A DNA stretch of 64,000 bases, taken from contig CAYOFQ010000001.1 of assembly GCA_964403585.1 (NCBI GenBank), forward strand, positions 1,024,826 through 1,088,825. The letters are read 5' to 3'. Below, piece after piece: positions 47,191-55,922 of this stretch; the first letter of the stretch is position 1; the number at the start of each line of letters is the position of its first letter. Origin of the DNA: an uncultured Gammaproteobacteria bacterium (GTDB taxonomy: Bacteria > Patescibacteriota > Microgenomatia > JALYQM01). The notes beneath the pieces are model-generated. The model saw nothing but the letters and a program-made list of their open reading frames with translations. It did no database searches and was not told the DNA's origin. The position numbers and the translations under genes were made by a program.

Positions 47191-47603
47191 TACACCTCCG
47201 TTTTACGCGCATAAGTATCAATTGTTTGTTCTATTTCAGGAATCAGATCCAGAATAGTCTCATACCGTACAACATCTTTCACTAAATTCGGAATTCCCTG
47301 CAACATAGTCGCAACCCGGGCATCTTTATGAGCCAGCATCATCACGGGAACATCATTCTCTGCCGCAACACCCAGTTCAATACCTAAACCGGTGGACGGA
47401 TAACTTACCTCGGCCACAAAAAAGTTAGCCGAGCGAACACAATTTGTGTCCCACTCATATTGTTCCCTGCCGGTTCCAACGCCCAATCCGAGGAACTTCA
47501 AAACCTCATACTTCTCACCCAGTCTTGCTTTCAAAACTTCAATTTGATCGCGAAACTCCTGAGTAGCATGGGTCAATGAACATCCAACGTATATTTTGTT
47601 CAT
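47190..47603 (-). CDS. Nucleoside 2-deoxyribosyltransferase-like protein (NDT/Rcl/MilB superfamily)
   Basis: 137 aa; NDT-family motif around EVSYPSTGLGIELGVAAENDVPV. Confidence 0.55.
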   Translation of the reverse strand: MNKIYVGCSLTHATQEFRDQIEVLKARLGEKYEVLKFLGLGVGTGREQYEWDTNCVRSANFFVAEVSYPSTGLGIELGVAAENDVPVMMLAHKDARVATMLQGIPNLVKDVVRYETILDLIPEIEQTIDTYARKTEV

Positions 47604-47605
47604 AG

Positions 47606-49225
47606 TTATTCCTCGAAAGCCTTGACCCCGGCCGCACTCGCCTTTTTCTCCAGCTTACGAAAAGCATCAAGCCGTTCCAGATCATAGTTATTGTAATCAA
47701 CAAACTTGAAAATATTTTCCGCCAGCAGTGGATACATATCTCCCACCCGCTTGGCCATTTCCTGAGCAATATAGCGATACGAGGGGTGCCCCTGGGGAAT
47801 ACTACGCAACTCCACCATATGCGCAAACCCGCGGAGGTTAAGACGCAAGTAGAAATTAGTGTATGAACCATGCGTAACCAAATACTGAGCTTCATACGGA
47901 AATTTGGTTTTGATTTTTTTATACGCCTCAACGGCTTTATTCATCGCTTCACAGAAAAGATTTGTATACCCGGTCATTTTTATTTCGTATGGAACATAAT
48001 ATCCCAGCTCACTGGTAAACATTTTTTTATGACGGGTCATCATCCGATGGCGCATTAAGTCTTTGTACACTCCCCAATCGGCTATAATTTCGAACGCAAA
48101 ATAGGGTTCTTCAACTGCCCGTAACGGCTTATGATGGCGATTAGCACGATGTTTACCAAGCTGCCGCAACAATACTTCCTTCTCATCCATACTCAAATGC
48201 ATCGCTTCATCATATGCTGCCTGATACTCCATATCGGTATACTCGTACAAAAGCGCCGCGATTATTTTTTCTATGGCTCTCGGATCGGAATCAACCATTC
48301 GTACCTGCGGGGATTCATACTCCCGTAACGTTACTTCATAGTTGGATCGCAAATCATTAAGAGGGCCTTTGGTCTCCTGCAAGTACTTGCGGTACACATC
48401 ACCACGTTCATTTGTTGCACGCTTCACAAACGCCGGAATTATCTGACGCAATGCTTCATGCAGTTCATTCCCGATAGTAACAACTTCATCAAGAGGATCA
48501 GCCAGCATATTGGTTAAGAGATATTCTAAAGCACGACCGTCACCATATACTCCCATATTGGTCTTAGCTGACAAGGGCAATAACGATCGGGCAATATCAC
48601 ACGCTTTGGCACGGATAGTAGCTTTGTATGCAGACTCTGTTTCGTCACCCGGATATATTTTTTTAAGAACCGGTTGAATCTCCCGAACTATTTTAGAGTA
48701 GGTATCAAACAACATTTCATTCGTTTTGATATACAGTTCGCCGAATTCAGAGTTTAAAATCTTCTGATCTTTATAGTAAGAATATTCACCGTTAATCTTG
48801 TTGTCATAATAAACATAGCGGGTCGATTTTTCCAGCGGCGAAAGACCAATTCGGTGTTCTTCAATACTTTTGGTTGCCAGCATTGAAACTTCTTCAATAG
48901 CCGCATGAGCACCACCCAACTCAGCTACCGAATCATCACCATATCCAACTAATACTCGGTCATAAAAATCTTCAGCTTTTTCTACTTTCACACCATTCTT
49001 CTTTTTATTTTTTGCCGGAGATTCAAAAACGCTATTGATGTCTTCGTTGGAATAAAACTCATCCAAAAACAGCCGTTTCAAATCTTTAGCTGTCCGCGAA
49101 TAGCGCGAAAACAATGTTCCTTTTATAACTTCAGGCAAATTAACCAAACCAAAAACTGGAGAATCTATTGAAGTAAAATACTGTTCCAGAATTTTCTTTT
49201 CTTCATCGGTGTACGAGGATATCAT
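47606..49225 (-). CDS. thyX: ThyX-like flavin-dependent thymidylate synthase, double-length (two ThyX-like units)
   Basis: 539 aa, more than twice the usual ThyX length. The N-terminal unit has a degenerate ThyX motif (SIEEHRIGLSPLEKSTRYV). The C-terminal unit has RHR (LMRHRMMTRH) and the ThyX C-terminal consensus (HMVELRS...GHPSYRYIAQEM). Flanked by dcd, dut and tmk. Confidence 0.55.
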   Translation of the reverse strand: MISSYTDEEKKILEQYFTSIDSPVFGLVNLPEVIKGTLFSRYSRTAKDLKRLFLDEFYSNEDINSVFESPAKNKKKNGVKVEKAEDFYDRVLVGYGDDSVAELGGAHAAIEEVSMLATKSIEEHRIGLSPLEKSTRYVYYDNKINGEYSYYKDQKILNSEFGELYIKTNEMLFDTYSKIVREIQPVLKKIYPGDETESAYKATIRAKACDIARSLLPLSAKTNMGVYGDGRALEYLLTNMLADPLDEVVTIGNELHEALRQIIPAFVKRATNERGDVYRKYLQETKGPLNDLRSNYEVTLREYESPQVRMVDSDPRAIEKIIAALLYEYTDMEYQAAYDEAMHLSMDEKEVLLRQLGKHRANRHHKPLRAVEEPYFAFEIIADWGVYKDLMRHRMMTRHKKMFTSELGYYVPYEIKMTGYTNLFCEAMNKAVEAYKKIKTKFPYEAQYLVTHGSYTNFYLRLNLRGFAHMVELRSIPQGHPSYRYIAQEMAKRVGDMYPLLAENIFKFVDYNNYDLERLDAFRKLEKKASAAGVKAFEE

Positions 49226-49976
49226 GAGAACTCCTAGGCGTGGATAGTTTATCTTTTAAATCTCTGACCTCTCTATCCTTCCACATCTTGGGTAACATTG
49301 CTGATGGTTCCCAAATAGAGCGCAACTCTTCTATATCATAACTAGATGAATATTTCGAGTCCATTTGAGTGATATAGTCTTCATCGGCAAGTACCGGATC
49401 GGTAGCAAAGAAAATAATCTGCGCAATGCGACGTCCAACCACCAGTGGAATGGCAAAATGATTATTATTATTCGTAATTTCCATTGTCCACCGGTTAACA
49501 TAGCCGACATCACCCCACCCCGCGCATTTACATACTTCAATAAAATTTCGTCCGATTGAAGAACGGGCTTTCATCATTGTTGTGACATTATTTTTTCCAC
49601 CGATGAACTCCTCAGTATGCGCTAAAATAGTTTCATGCGGGTGAATGAGGATAATTAAATCATCAGGGTGAACATTTTTTAGTTTTAAACCGGTTTTTTT
49701 GGAGAAAGTCTTTACCTTCTCGGCTTCAAATGGCCCCTGCCACATATGCCGAACATCGGACTCATCATACATATTATAAATTTGCAAATTACGATCTGCC
49801 TGCATGGACTTTTTTCCGTGAATGGCCTGGCGGTAATAGTAAGGCCCAAGTGTGACATCATAACTGGAATTAGCCAGATTGCGCCGGGTAAACGGTTCAA
49901 TAATGACATTTTTTTGTTCTAAGTTTTCGAGTATGGCTGCGTTTGAAAGACACGAATGGTGCAGAGATTTAGACAT
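49203..49976 (-). CDS. dcd: dCTP deaminase-like (dUTPase superfamily)
   Basis: N-terminus ...IIEPF...SSYDVTLG; motifs ARSSIGR and GDVGYVNRWTMEITN; 23-nt overlap with the thyX start. Confidence 0.7.
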   Translation of the reverse strand: MSKSLHHSCLSNAAILENLEQKNVIIEPFTRRNLANSSYDVTLGPYYYRQAIHGKKSMQADRNLQIYNMYDESDVRHMWQGPFEAEKVKTFSKKTGLKLKNVHPDDLIILIHPHETILAHTEEFIGGKNNVTTMMKARSSIGRNFIEVCKCAGWGDVGYVNRWTMEITNNNNHFAIPLVVGRRIAQIIFFATDPVLADEDYITQMDSKYSSSYDIEELRSIWEPSAMLPKMWKDREVRDLKDKLSTPRSSHDILVHR

Positions 49977-50028
49977 TCTTCAAATGTTATACAGACTCTT
50001 TCGCAATAATGCAAGCAAAATTTCTCCT

Positions 50029-50056
50029 TTGACTTGAGTTCCCGGACTGCTATACT
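50029..50056 (+). promoter_or_regulatory. Sigma70-type promoter (TTGACT - 16 nt - TATACT)
   Basis: TTGACT at 50029-50034 and TATACT at 50051-50056, with GGAG at 50062-50065 just before ATG 50069. Confidence 0.45.
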
Positions 50057-50059
50057 AAT

Positions 50060-51256
50060 TTGGAGTATATGCTCCAATTTATAGTCCAATTTTTACCGCT
50101 CATTTTCCTGTGCGCTGCGTTTGGTGTTGTTCTTCTGAATTTCGACGCAGTAGCTGAATATGTTGTCTACGTAATCTCAATGCTCGTTCAACCAAAAGAG
50201 CTGCTTCATGTCAGTAACGAACTGGCTGTTCCGCTTCCACCACAAACCCAGAAAAAAAAGTTTTCGCTCTTTCGTCCGATTATTCGGGTTTGGACCTTAT
50301 TTAATGTCCTGTTCTTCCCTGATTTGGATCTCGGAAAGCTAACCGGACGAAAACACAAATCATCGCTCGAAGATATAAATGTCTATTCAGAAAAAACCAA
50401 ACAGGAGATCGATAAATACAGCATTAAAACTTACAGTGTTCCGGATGCTAAAAACATCAAAAACTTCCGGAGTGCACTCGATCCTCTTGGAACAACTCAG
50501 CCCTCTTCGGCATTTCAGCAGGCCTTCCCCGACGTAGTGAACATTATCAATAAAATAAATAAAATTGATTCTCCTCCGGTCGCAACCAGTACTATCTACG
50601 ACACCTTACCTGATTTTCAGGCATATACCGGTGGAAGCACACCGCCCCCACCGGTAATGGAAGCTCCGGCTTTCCCTCCACAGGTAAGGACAACCGAAGT
50701 TGTTGTTCCCACGCAAATTCCGGAACCGGGAACCACCATGCAGGTGGAAGAGATTATCCCGCCAATAGCTCGCACAATACCAACAGGTCAAACCGAAAAT
50801 GCCGAACCGGAAAAATTTGATGCTATTGCCGCGTTGGAAAGGAAAGTAAGTGAACTAAAAAAGGACAAAGTCAGTTCTGTTGTCAGTCAGGTAAATTATG
50901 GCGAACTCGCCCAGCGCTCCAACGAAGTAAACAGCACCAAAATCTCCATGCCCTCGATACAGCCTTCAGCACCACTCCCAAAGATCACTACTACACCTAC
51001 CGCCACAACAGCCGAAGAAATTCATATCGTGAATGAATCGGCTCTTCCCCGGGTCTCCGATTTTAGTATCCTCCCGATGATCGGGAAAGTAATCACCTAC
51101 ACAATATTAAGTCTTCCGCTGCTTATTGTTGTAGGAAGTATCGGGTACTATTTGGTGTTGAATAAGTTCAACCTCGGCTCGCTTGCCGGATATCCCGGCT
51201 GGGTATCAACTACCCTGGAGGCGTTTGTAAAGGCCTACATACTTCGTCAATCTTAA
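50060..51256 (+). CDS. Hypothetical membrane protein with Pro/Thr-rich central region
   Basis: N- and C-terminal TM helices; low-complexity PPPVMEAPAFPPQ region. The ORF track starts at TTG 50060; ATG at 50069 is more likely. Confidence 0.5.
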   Translation: MEYMLQFIVQFLPLIFLCAAFGVVLLNFDAVAEYVVYVISMLVQPKELLHVSNELAVPLPPQTQKKKFSLFRPIIRVWTLFNVLFFPDLDLGKLTGRKHKSSLEDINVYSEKTKQEIDKYSIKTYSVPDAKNIKNFRSALDPLGTTQPSSAFQQAFPDVVNIINKINKIDSPPVATSTIYDTLPDFQAYTGGSTPPPPVMEAPAFPPQVRTTEVVVPTQIPEPGTTMQVEEIIPPIARTIPTGQTENAEPEKFDAIAALERKVSELKKDKVSSVVSQVNYGELAQRSNEVNSTKISMPSIQPSAPLPKITTTPTATTAEEIHIVNESALPRVSDFSILPMIGKVITYTILSLPLLIVVGSIGYYLVLNKFNLGSLAGYPGWVSTTLEAFVKAYILRQS

Positions 51257-51966
51257 AAACCGGTAAATAACTCAGCAGTAATTCGCTCGCGTGGAACGCC
51301 AAGCTCACCAAGATACAATAAGCCCGAACGAACCATTTGCTCAGGACCACATACCATAAAGTGAGTATTTTCGACATCGTCTACATATCTCTGAATGAAT
51401 TCCGAAGTAATTCGCCCACGTTCCCCTTTCCACTCTCCGTGGCTCTCTTCATGACGGGTTAACGTATACACTGGCATAAACGACGGGAAGGCCGCCGCTA
51501 TAGCATCAAATTCTGCCTTATAGGAGATTTCTTCAATAACCTTATCCGAATACAGTAACGTAATTTTCCGGTCGCTCATATTTGTGTCATAGGCATATTT
51601 GATCATTCCACGGTAAGGCGCAACCCCAATACCTCCGGCAATCATTACCACCTTATCTCCGGGAACATCTTCGAGTGTCATTTTTCCTACCGCCGGGTAT
51701 AGCTCAACTTCGAATCCGCGGTCCATATCCATCAAAGTATCCTTAAAACCGGTATGACGCATGGTAAAGGTAAATTGGACGTAGGGTTCAGTGGGCGAAG
51801 AAGAGGTGGAACAAGTACGCACATTATTCCGGTAATCTTCACGCAACGGCGGCACACGAATAACCGAATATTGTCCGGCTTTATATTTAAATCCCTCCGG
51901 CTTCTCAAAACGAAAAGACCAGTCGGTAGGGGTTTCTTGAATTTTCTCAATAAATATTGCTTTCAT
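51253..51966 (-). CDS. FNR-like FAD/NAD(P)-binding oxidoreductase (ferredoxin-NADP reductase / PyrK-like)
   Basis: 237 aa; FAD-binding R-x-Y-S-like region (GQYSVIRVP), NAD-binding GGIGVAPY; C-terminal MVCGPEQM. Confidence 0.7.
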   Translation of the reverse strand: MKAIFIEKIQETPTDWSFRFEKPEGFKYKAGQYSVIRVPPLREDYRNNVRTCSTSSSPTEPYVQFTFTMRHTGFKDTLMDMDRGFEVELYPAVGKMTLEDVPGDKVVMIAGGIGVAPYRGMIKYAYDTNMSDRKITLLYSDKVIEEISYKAEFDAIAAAFPSFMPVYTLTRHEESHGEWKGERGRITSEFIQRYVDDVENTHFMVCGPEQMVRSGLLYLGELGVPRERITAELFTGF

Positions 51967-51985
51967 AGTGATTATTATACCAGTA

Positions 51986-52014
51986 TTGACGCATACCCGC
52001 AGAAACGATACTCT
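51986..52014 (+). promoter_or_regulatory. Candidate promoter (TTGACG - 17 nt - TACTCT) for the 52021 gene
   Basis: TTGACG at 51986-51991, 17-nt spacer, TACTCT at 52009-52014, 6 nt before ATG 52021 (leaderless-like). Confidence 0.35.
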
Positions 52015-52020
52015 TTACCC

Positions 52021-52344
52021 ATGCTTATCACGCCCGAAAAGGCTTTCGAACAGCACTTGAGTAATATTTTCATTACCGCTGAGGGAACAGTTGCCGAAGT
52101 CCTACCGGACGACGAAACCGGAGTCAAACACCAGCGGTTCTTAATACTCACCGGGAACAGACATTCCCTGTTAATAGTCTACAATATTGACCGTAATCCT
52201 CCTCTTGAGCTCAAAGTTGGCGATCAAATTCACGTTGAAGGTACCTATGTCTGGAATAAATACGGCGGCATAATTCACGAGACTCATTCCGATGTAAATA
52301 AAGACCATCCTGATGGACAAATCATCATTCGGGGTATAAAATAG
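52021..52344 (+). CDS. Hypothetical small protein
   Basis: The ORF-track ORF 51754..52344 overlaps the FNR gene on the other strand. An internal Met at 52021 downstream of a promoter-like site gives a 107-aa product (MLITPEKAFEQ...). Confidence 0.4.
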   Translation: MLITPEKAFEQHLSNIFITAEGTVAEVLPDDETGVKHQRFLILTGNRHSLLIVYNIDRNPPLELKVGDQIHVEGTYVWNKYGGIIHETHSDVNKDHPDGQIIIRGIK

Positions 52345-52363
52345 CATAGTAGTAACCAAAACT

Positions 52364-53197
52364 ATGCAAGTAGTAGAACAGTTTGTTCAAGCTAAGACCG
52401 GTAATCTGGAAACCTGCGAAGACGCCATTTATGTGGACGATAACTTCGTCGCTATAATTGATGGTGCTACAAATAAAACAAGCAAGCTCTGGGACGGAAA
52501 AACCTGCGGTTAAATTGCCAAAAACTGCATCCTACAAGCAATCCCCCTTATCAATCCCGATACCAAACACGAAGGCTTCTTTGCTTCATGCAATGAGTCC
52601 ATCAAGAACTGGTATGACAGCAATAACATCACAATTGAGATGCAGTATCATATCAATCAACGCGCCACTGCCTCGATGATTGTCTATGCGCGGAAACAAC
52701 GTCAGGTCTGGAACGTTGGAAGTGGCCAGGCCCTGATAGGATTCCAGAGATACAATAATACGAAGTTAATTGACGACCTGTTAGCAGATGTACGATCCTT
52801 TTTCATTGCCTCGGAACTCAAAAACGGGAAAAGCGAGTTTGAGTTGAGTTATATAGATACCGGCCGCGAACTGGTCGAACCGTTAATTTTACGGCAAATG
52901 CTTTTCCAAAACGCTGCTGAGCCGAGTGTCTGGAACTACTACGAACTGGACGGCTTCTTCAAAAACCCGCAGGGAATAAACGTTATGGACATACCTGAAC
53001 AAGTATCCAGTTTAGTTCTGGGATCCGACGGATATCCGGAGATTTTTCCTACCTTGACCCAAACTGAGGAATTCCTTAAACAAATTTTGAAAGACGATCC
53101 CCTCTGTTATAAGCGATATAAGGCAACAAAAGGGTTAAAACAAGGCAACGTCTCCTTCGACGACCGCTCGTATATCAGGCTTGATATTAGCAAGTAG
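52364..53197 (+). pseudogene. PP2C/PPM-like phosphatase-domain gene interrupted by one in-frame TAA (52511-52513)
   Basis: A single frame reads MQVVEQF...VAIIDGATNKTSKLWDGKTCG-TAA-IAKNCILQAIPLINPD... into the ORF-track ORF at 52640 (same frame). PPM-like motifs: IIDGATN (degenerate DGHGG), LVLGSDGYPEIF (SDG). Confidence 0.45.
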
Positions 53198-53224
53198 AAA
53201 AAGAGCGGATCTTTCGACCCGCTC
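53198..53224 (-). terminator. Rho-independent terminator of lon (9-bp stem with GAAA tetraloop plus U-run)
   Basis: Minus-strand RNA GAGCGGGUC-GAAA-GAUCCGCUC-UUUUUCUAC, 26 nt downstream of the lon stop. Confidence 0.6.
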
Positions 53225-53249
53225 CCATAGTTTCTACTTCGTGTGTTGA

Positions 53250-55721
53250 TTACCCAATCGCTATTTTGAAATCCTCATCCTTGGCTTTCTTTTCAGGATT
53301 CTTACGTATACCAAGCTTCTGCGGCTTCGAAGCATTGATCTTCTCAGTCAAAGCCATTGGTAAAACCTGGTCCATATGGTCAACAAAATAGAAATTTAAA
53401 TCCTTCTTAACCATATCCGGAATTTCGACAATATCCTTTTCATTTTCCTTCGGAATAATCACAGTTTTGATTCCGGCTCGGTGCGCGCCAATAATCTTCT
53501 CTTTCAATCCGCCGATTTCAGTTACCCGACCGCGAAGTGTAATTTCACCGGTCATTGCGACATCTTTACGGGTTGGAATCCGTGTCAGCGCTGAAACTAA
53601 CGCCGTGGTAATAGCTGCGCCTGCCGAAGGCCCATCTTTGGGAACAGCTCCTGAAGGGACATGCACATGGATATCAACTTTTTGGTTGAACTTTTCATCC
53701 AAACCCAAGGCCGAAGCACGTGAGCGGATATAACTGATAGCCGCCATACATGACTCTTTCATCACATCACCAAGGTGCCCGGTGAGTGTTAATTGGCCCT
53801 TACCGGGAACAACACTAACTTCGATAAAGAGAATTCCACCACCCACTTCGGTCCAGAACAATCCGGTCGACATACCGATTTCGTTCTCCTTTTCAGCCAA
53901 TTCCGGGCTGAATTTAGCCGGACCGAGATAGTCGGCAACATCCTTAATATCAATAGTAAAGGCGTCTCCCTTATCTTCAGCCACTTTGCGGGCAACTTTA
54001 CGAACCACTGCCGAGATCTCACGTTCCAGGTTACGAACACCGGCTTCACGGGTGTATGAAGTAATAACTTTCTTTAGGGCATCACTGGTCAAGGTAAACT
54101 GATTTTCCTTCAAGCCATGACTCTCCACCTGCTTGGGCAGGAGGTAGGTCTGTGCAATCTGGAATTTCTCAAATTCGGTATATCCCGGGAATTCAATAAT
54201 TTCCAGACGATCCCGCAATGCGTGTGGTATTGTTTCCAATACATTAGCAGTAGCAATAAACATCACATCAGACAAGTCAAATGGCACTTCCAGATAATGG
54301 TCTGAGAAATTGTTGTTCTGCTCAGGATCAAGTGCCTCAAGCAGTGCTGCTGAAGGATCACCACGGTAGTCATTACCGATCTTATCGATTTCATCAAGCA
54401 TAAACACCGGATTTGATGATCCCGACTGTTTAATACCCTGAATAATACGTCCCGGCAATGCACCAACATAGGTACGTCGGTGACCGCGGATTTCAGCCTC
54501 ATCACGAATACCACCCAATGAAACTTTAACAAATTTCCGACTGAGCGCCTTGGCAATCGACTTACCAATCGAAGTTTTACCAACACCCGGAGGTCCGGAG
54601 AAACACAGGATCGGTCCCTTCATTTTTCCGGCCAACTTCTGTACAGCCAAAAATTCCAGAATACGTTCTTTAGCTTTGTTTAGACCGTAATGCTCCTCGT
54701 CTAAAATCTTTTCCGCTTCCGAGACATCAACTTTAGCTTCTGTTTTTACTCCCCACGGAAGTTCAAGAACAGTGTCGATATACGTTCGAAGATACGATAC
54801 CTCCGGACTCATAGCCGGCATCTTGGAGAGACGTTTGATTTCTTTCTCAACCTTATCCTGTACCTCTTTCGGCATCTTGGCGTTCTTGACTGCTTTTTTA
54901 AGGGTACTTACTTCATTTGCGCTCTCGTCCTCAGTCTCATCTTCACCGAGTTCTTTCTTAATCGCACTCATCTGCTCGCGCAAAATTGCTTCCTTGGTAA
55001 CGCGCTTAACCCGTTCCTGTGTTTGATTGGCAATTTTCTGTCCAATTTCCAGCACACGGATCTCATGAGCAAGCAACTCACTTACTTTCTGCAAGCGATC
55101 ACGGGTGTCTACCATTTCCAGTATCTGCTGCTTATCAAACGGTTTAAAATCGACCCCGGCAGTTATTGCGTTACACAACTGATTAGGATCCTCTGCTGAA
55201 AATATCGCGATCGAAGATTCTAAAGACAAGTGACCACCAACTTCACGATAGTGGTTCATCTGAGCAGTAATATTTGCTACCAATGCTTCAATTTCATCGT
55301 TATGATTGGTAAGCTCCGGAATTTCTTCACAACGAACCACAAAATACGGTTCATCCTGAACATACTCCTTAATATATACACGGGTTAACCCCTCAACAGT
55401 AAGATTATAGTCACCGTTAACTTTCCAGAAACGGCGAATACGGGCTATCGTACCAACTTCATACATATCGCTCGAATCAGGATTAACAGTTTGTGGATTT
55501 TTTTGACAAACAAAGACCACTAGTCCGTTTGTCGTAGTCGATGCATCCAAGGCCAGCTTGGATTTATCGCGATTAATTGAGAAACTTTCCCAAGAAGAAG
55601 GAAATACGACTTTCTCGCGTAGTGATACTAAAGGCAGTTCTTCCCGCAACTTTACCGGCTTCCCATCTAAATAGATAGTTGAAGACATGCTTCCACTCCT
55701 CTCTTTTAACTTGTAAACCAA
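53250..55721 (-). CDS. lon: ATP-dependent Lon protease
   Basis: 823 aa; Walker [16 protein letters not shown]; protease Ser motif [19 protein letters not shown]; N-terminal LAN domain. Confidence 0.95.
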   Translation of the reverse strand: MVYKLKERSGSMSSTIYLDGKPVKLREELPLVSLREKVVFPSSWESFSINRDKSKLALDASTTTNGLVVFVCQKNPQTVNPDSSDMYEVGTIARIRRFWKVNGDYNLTVEGLTRVYIKEYVQDEPYFVVRCEEIPELTNHNDEIEALVANITAQMNHYREVGGHLSLESSIAIFSAEDPNQLCNAITAGVDFKPFDKQQILEMVDTRDRLQKVSELLAHEIRVLEIGQKIANQTQERVKRVTKEAILREQMSAIKKELGEDETEDESANEVSTLKKAVKNAKMPKEVQDKVEKEIKRLSKMPAMSPEVSYLRTYIDTVLELPWGVKTEAKVDVSEAEKILDEEHYGLNKAKERILEFLAVQKLAGKMKGPILCFSGPPGVGKTSIGKSIAKALSRKFVKVSLGGIRDEAEIRGHRRTYVGALPGRIIQGIKQSGSSNPVFMLDEIDKIGNDYRGDPSAALLEALDPEQNNNFSDHYLEVPFDLSDVMFIATANVLETIPHALRDRLEIIEFPGYTEFEKFQIAQTYLLPKQVESHGLKENQFTLTSDALKKVITSYTREAGVRNLEREISAVVRKVARKVAEDKGDAFTIDIKDVADYLGPAKFSPELAEKENEIGMSTGLFWTEVGGGILFIEVSVVPGKGQLTLTGHLGDVMKESCMAAISYIRSRASALGLDEKFNQKVDIHVHVPSGAVPKDGPSAGAAITTALVSALTRIPTRKDVAMTGEITLRGRVTEIGGLKEKIIGAHRAGIKTVIIPKENEKDIVEIPDMVKKDLNFYFVDHMDQVLPMALTEKINASKPQKLGIRKNPEKKAKDEDFKIAIG

Positions 55722-55847
55722 CTTTATTCTTAATTGCTGAAAATTACCTGATTAGCGGGGTCAGAATAAAGCATCAGAATTGTATAAAAATATGAGTTAT
55801 ATACTATAAACACGTAACCAAAATAAACACAAGGGGTAATATTTTAG

Positions 55848-55874
55848 TTAGCACTCACACCTCTATAGTGATAA
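55848..55874. promoter_or_regulatory. CIRCE-like inverted repeat (HrcA operator) upstream of lon
   Basis: TTAGCACTC-acacctcta-TAGTGATAA, 16/18 match to TTAGCACTC-N9-GAGTGCTAA; 127-153 nt upstream of the lon ATG. Confidence 0.5.
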
Positions 55875-55902
55875 TGATACACGACAATGCTATTAAGATC
55901 AA
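55874..55902 (-). promoter_or_regulatory. Sigma70-type promoter for lon, directly abutting the CIRCE element
   Basis: Minus strand: TTGATC (55902-55897), 17 nt, TATCAT (55879-55874). CIRCE starts at the -10 boundary, the classic HrcA-regulated arrangement. Confidence 0.45.
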
Positions 55903-55922
55903 GGGGTTATAATAGGCTTAAT

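Noticed and set aside
52511-52513. In-frame TAA as evidence of stop-codon reassignment
   Set aside because: Multiple confident genes in the window terminate at TAA (mraY, dgkA, pyrG), so TAA is a functional stop here. UGA/UAA recoding is not supported.
52458-52679. 73-aa ORF in another frame across the PP2C-like pseudogene
   Set aside because: The continuous homology-bearing frame is the one shared by 52364 and 52640; this ORF is an alternative-frame artefact.
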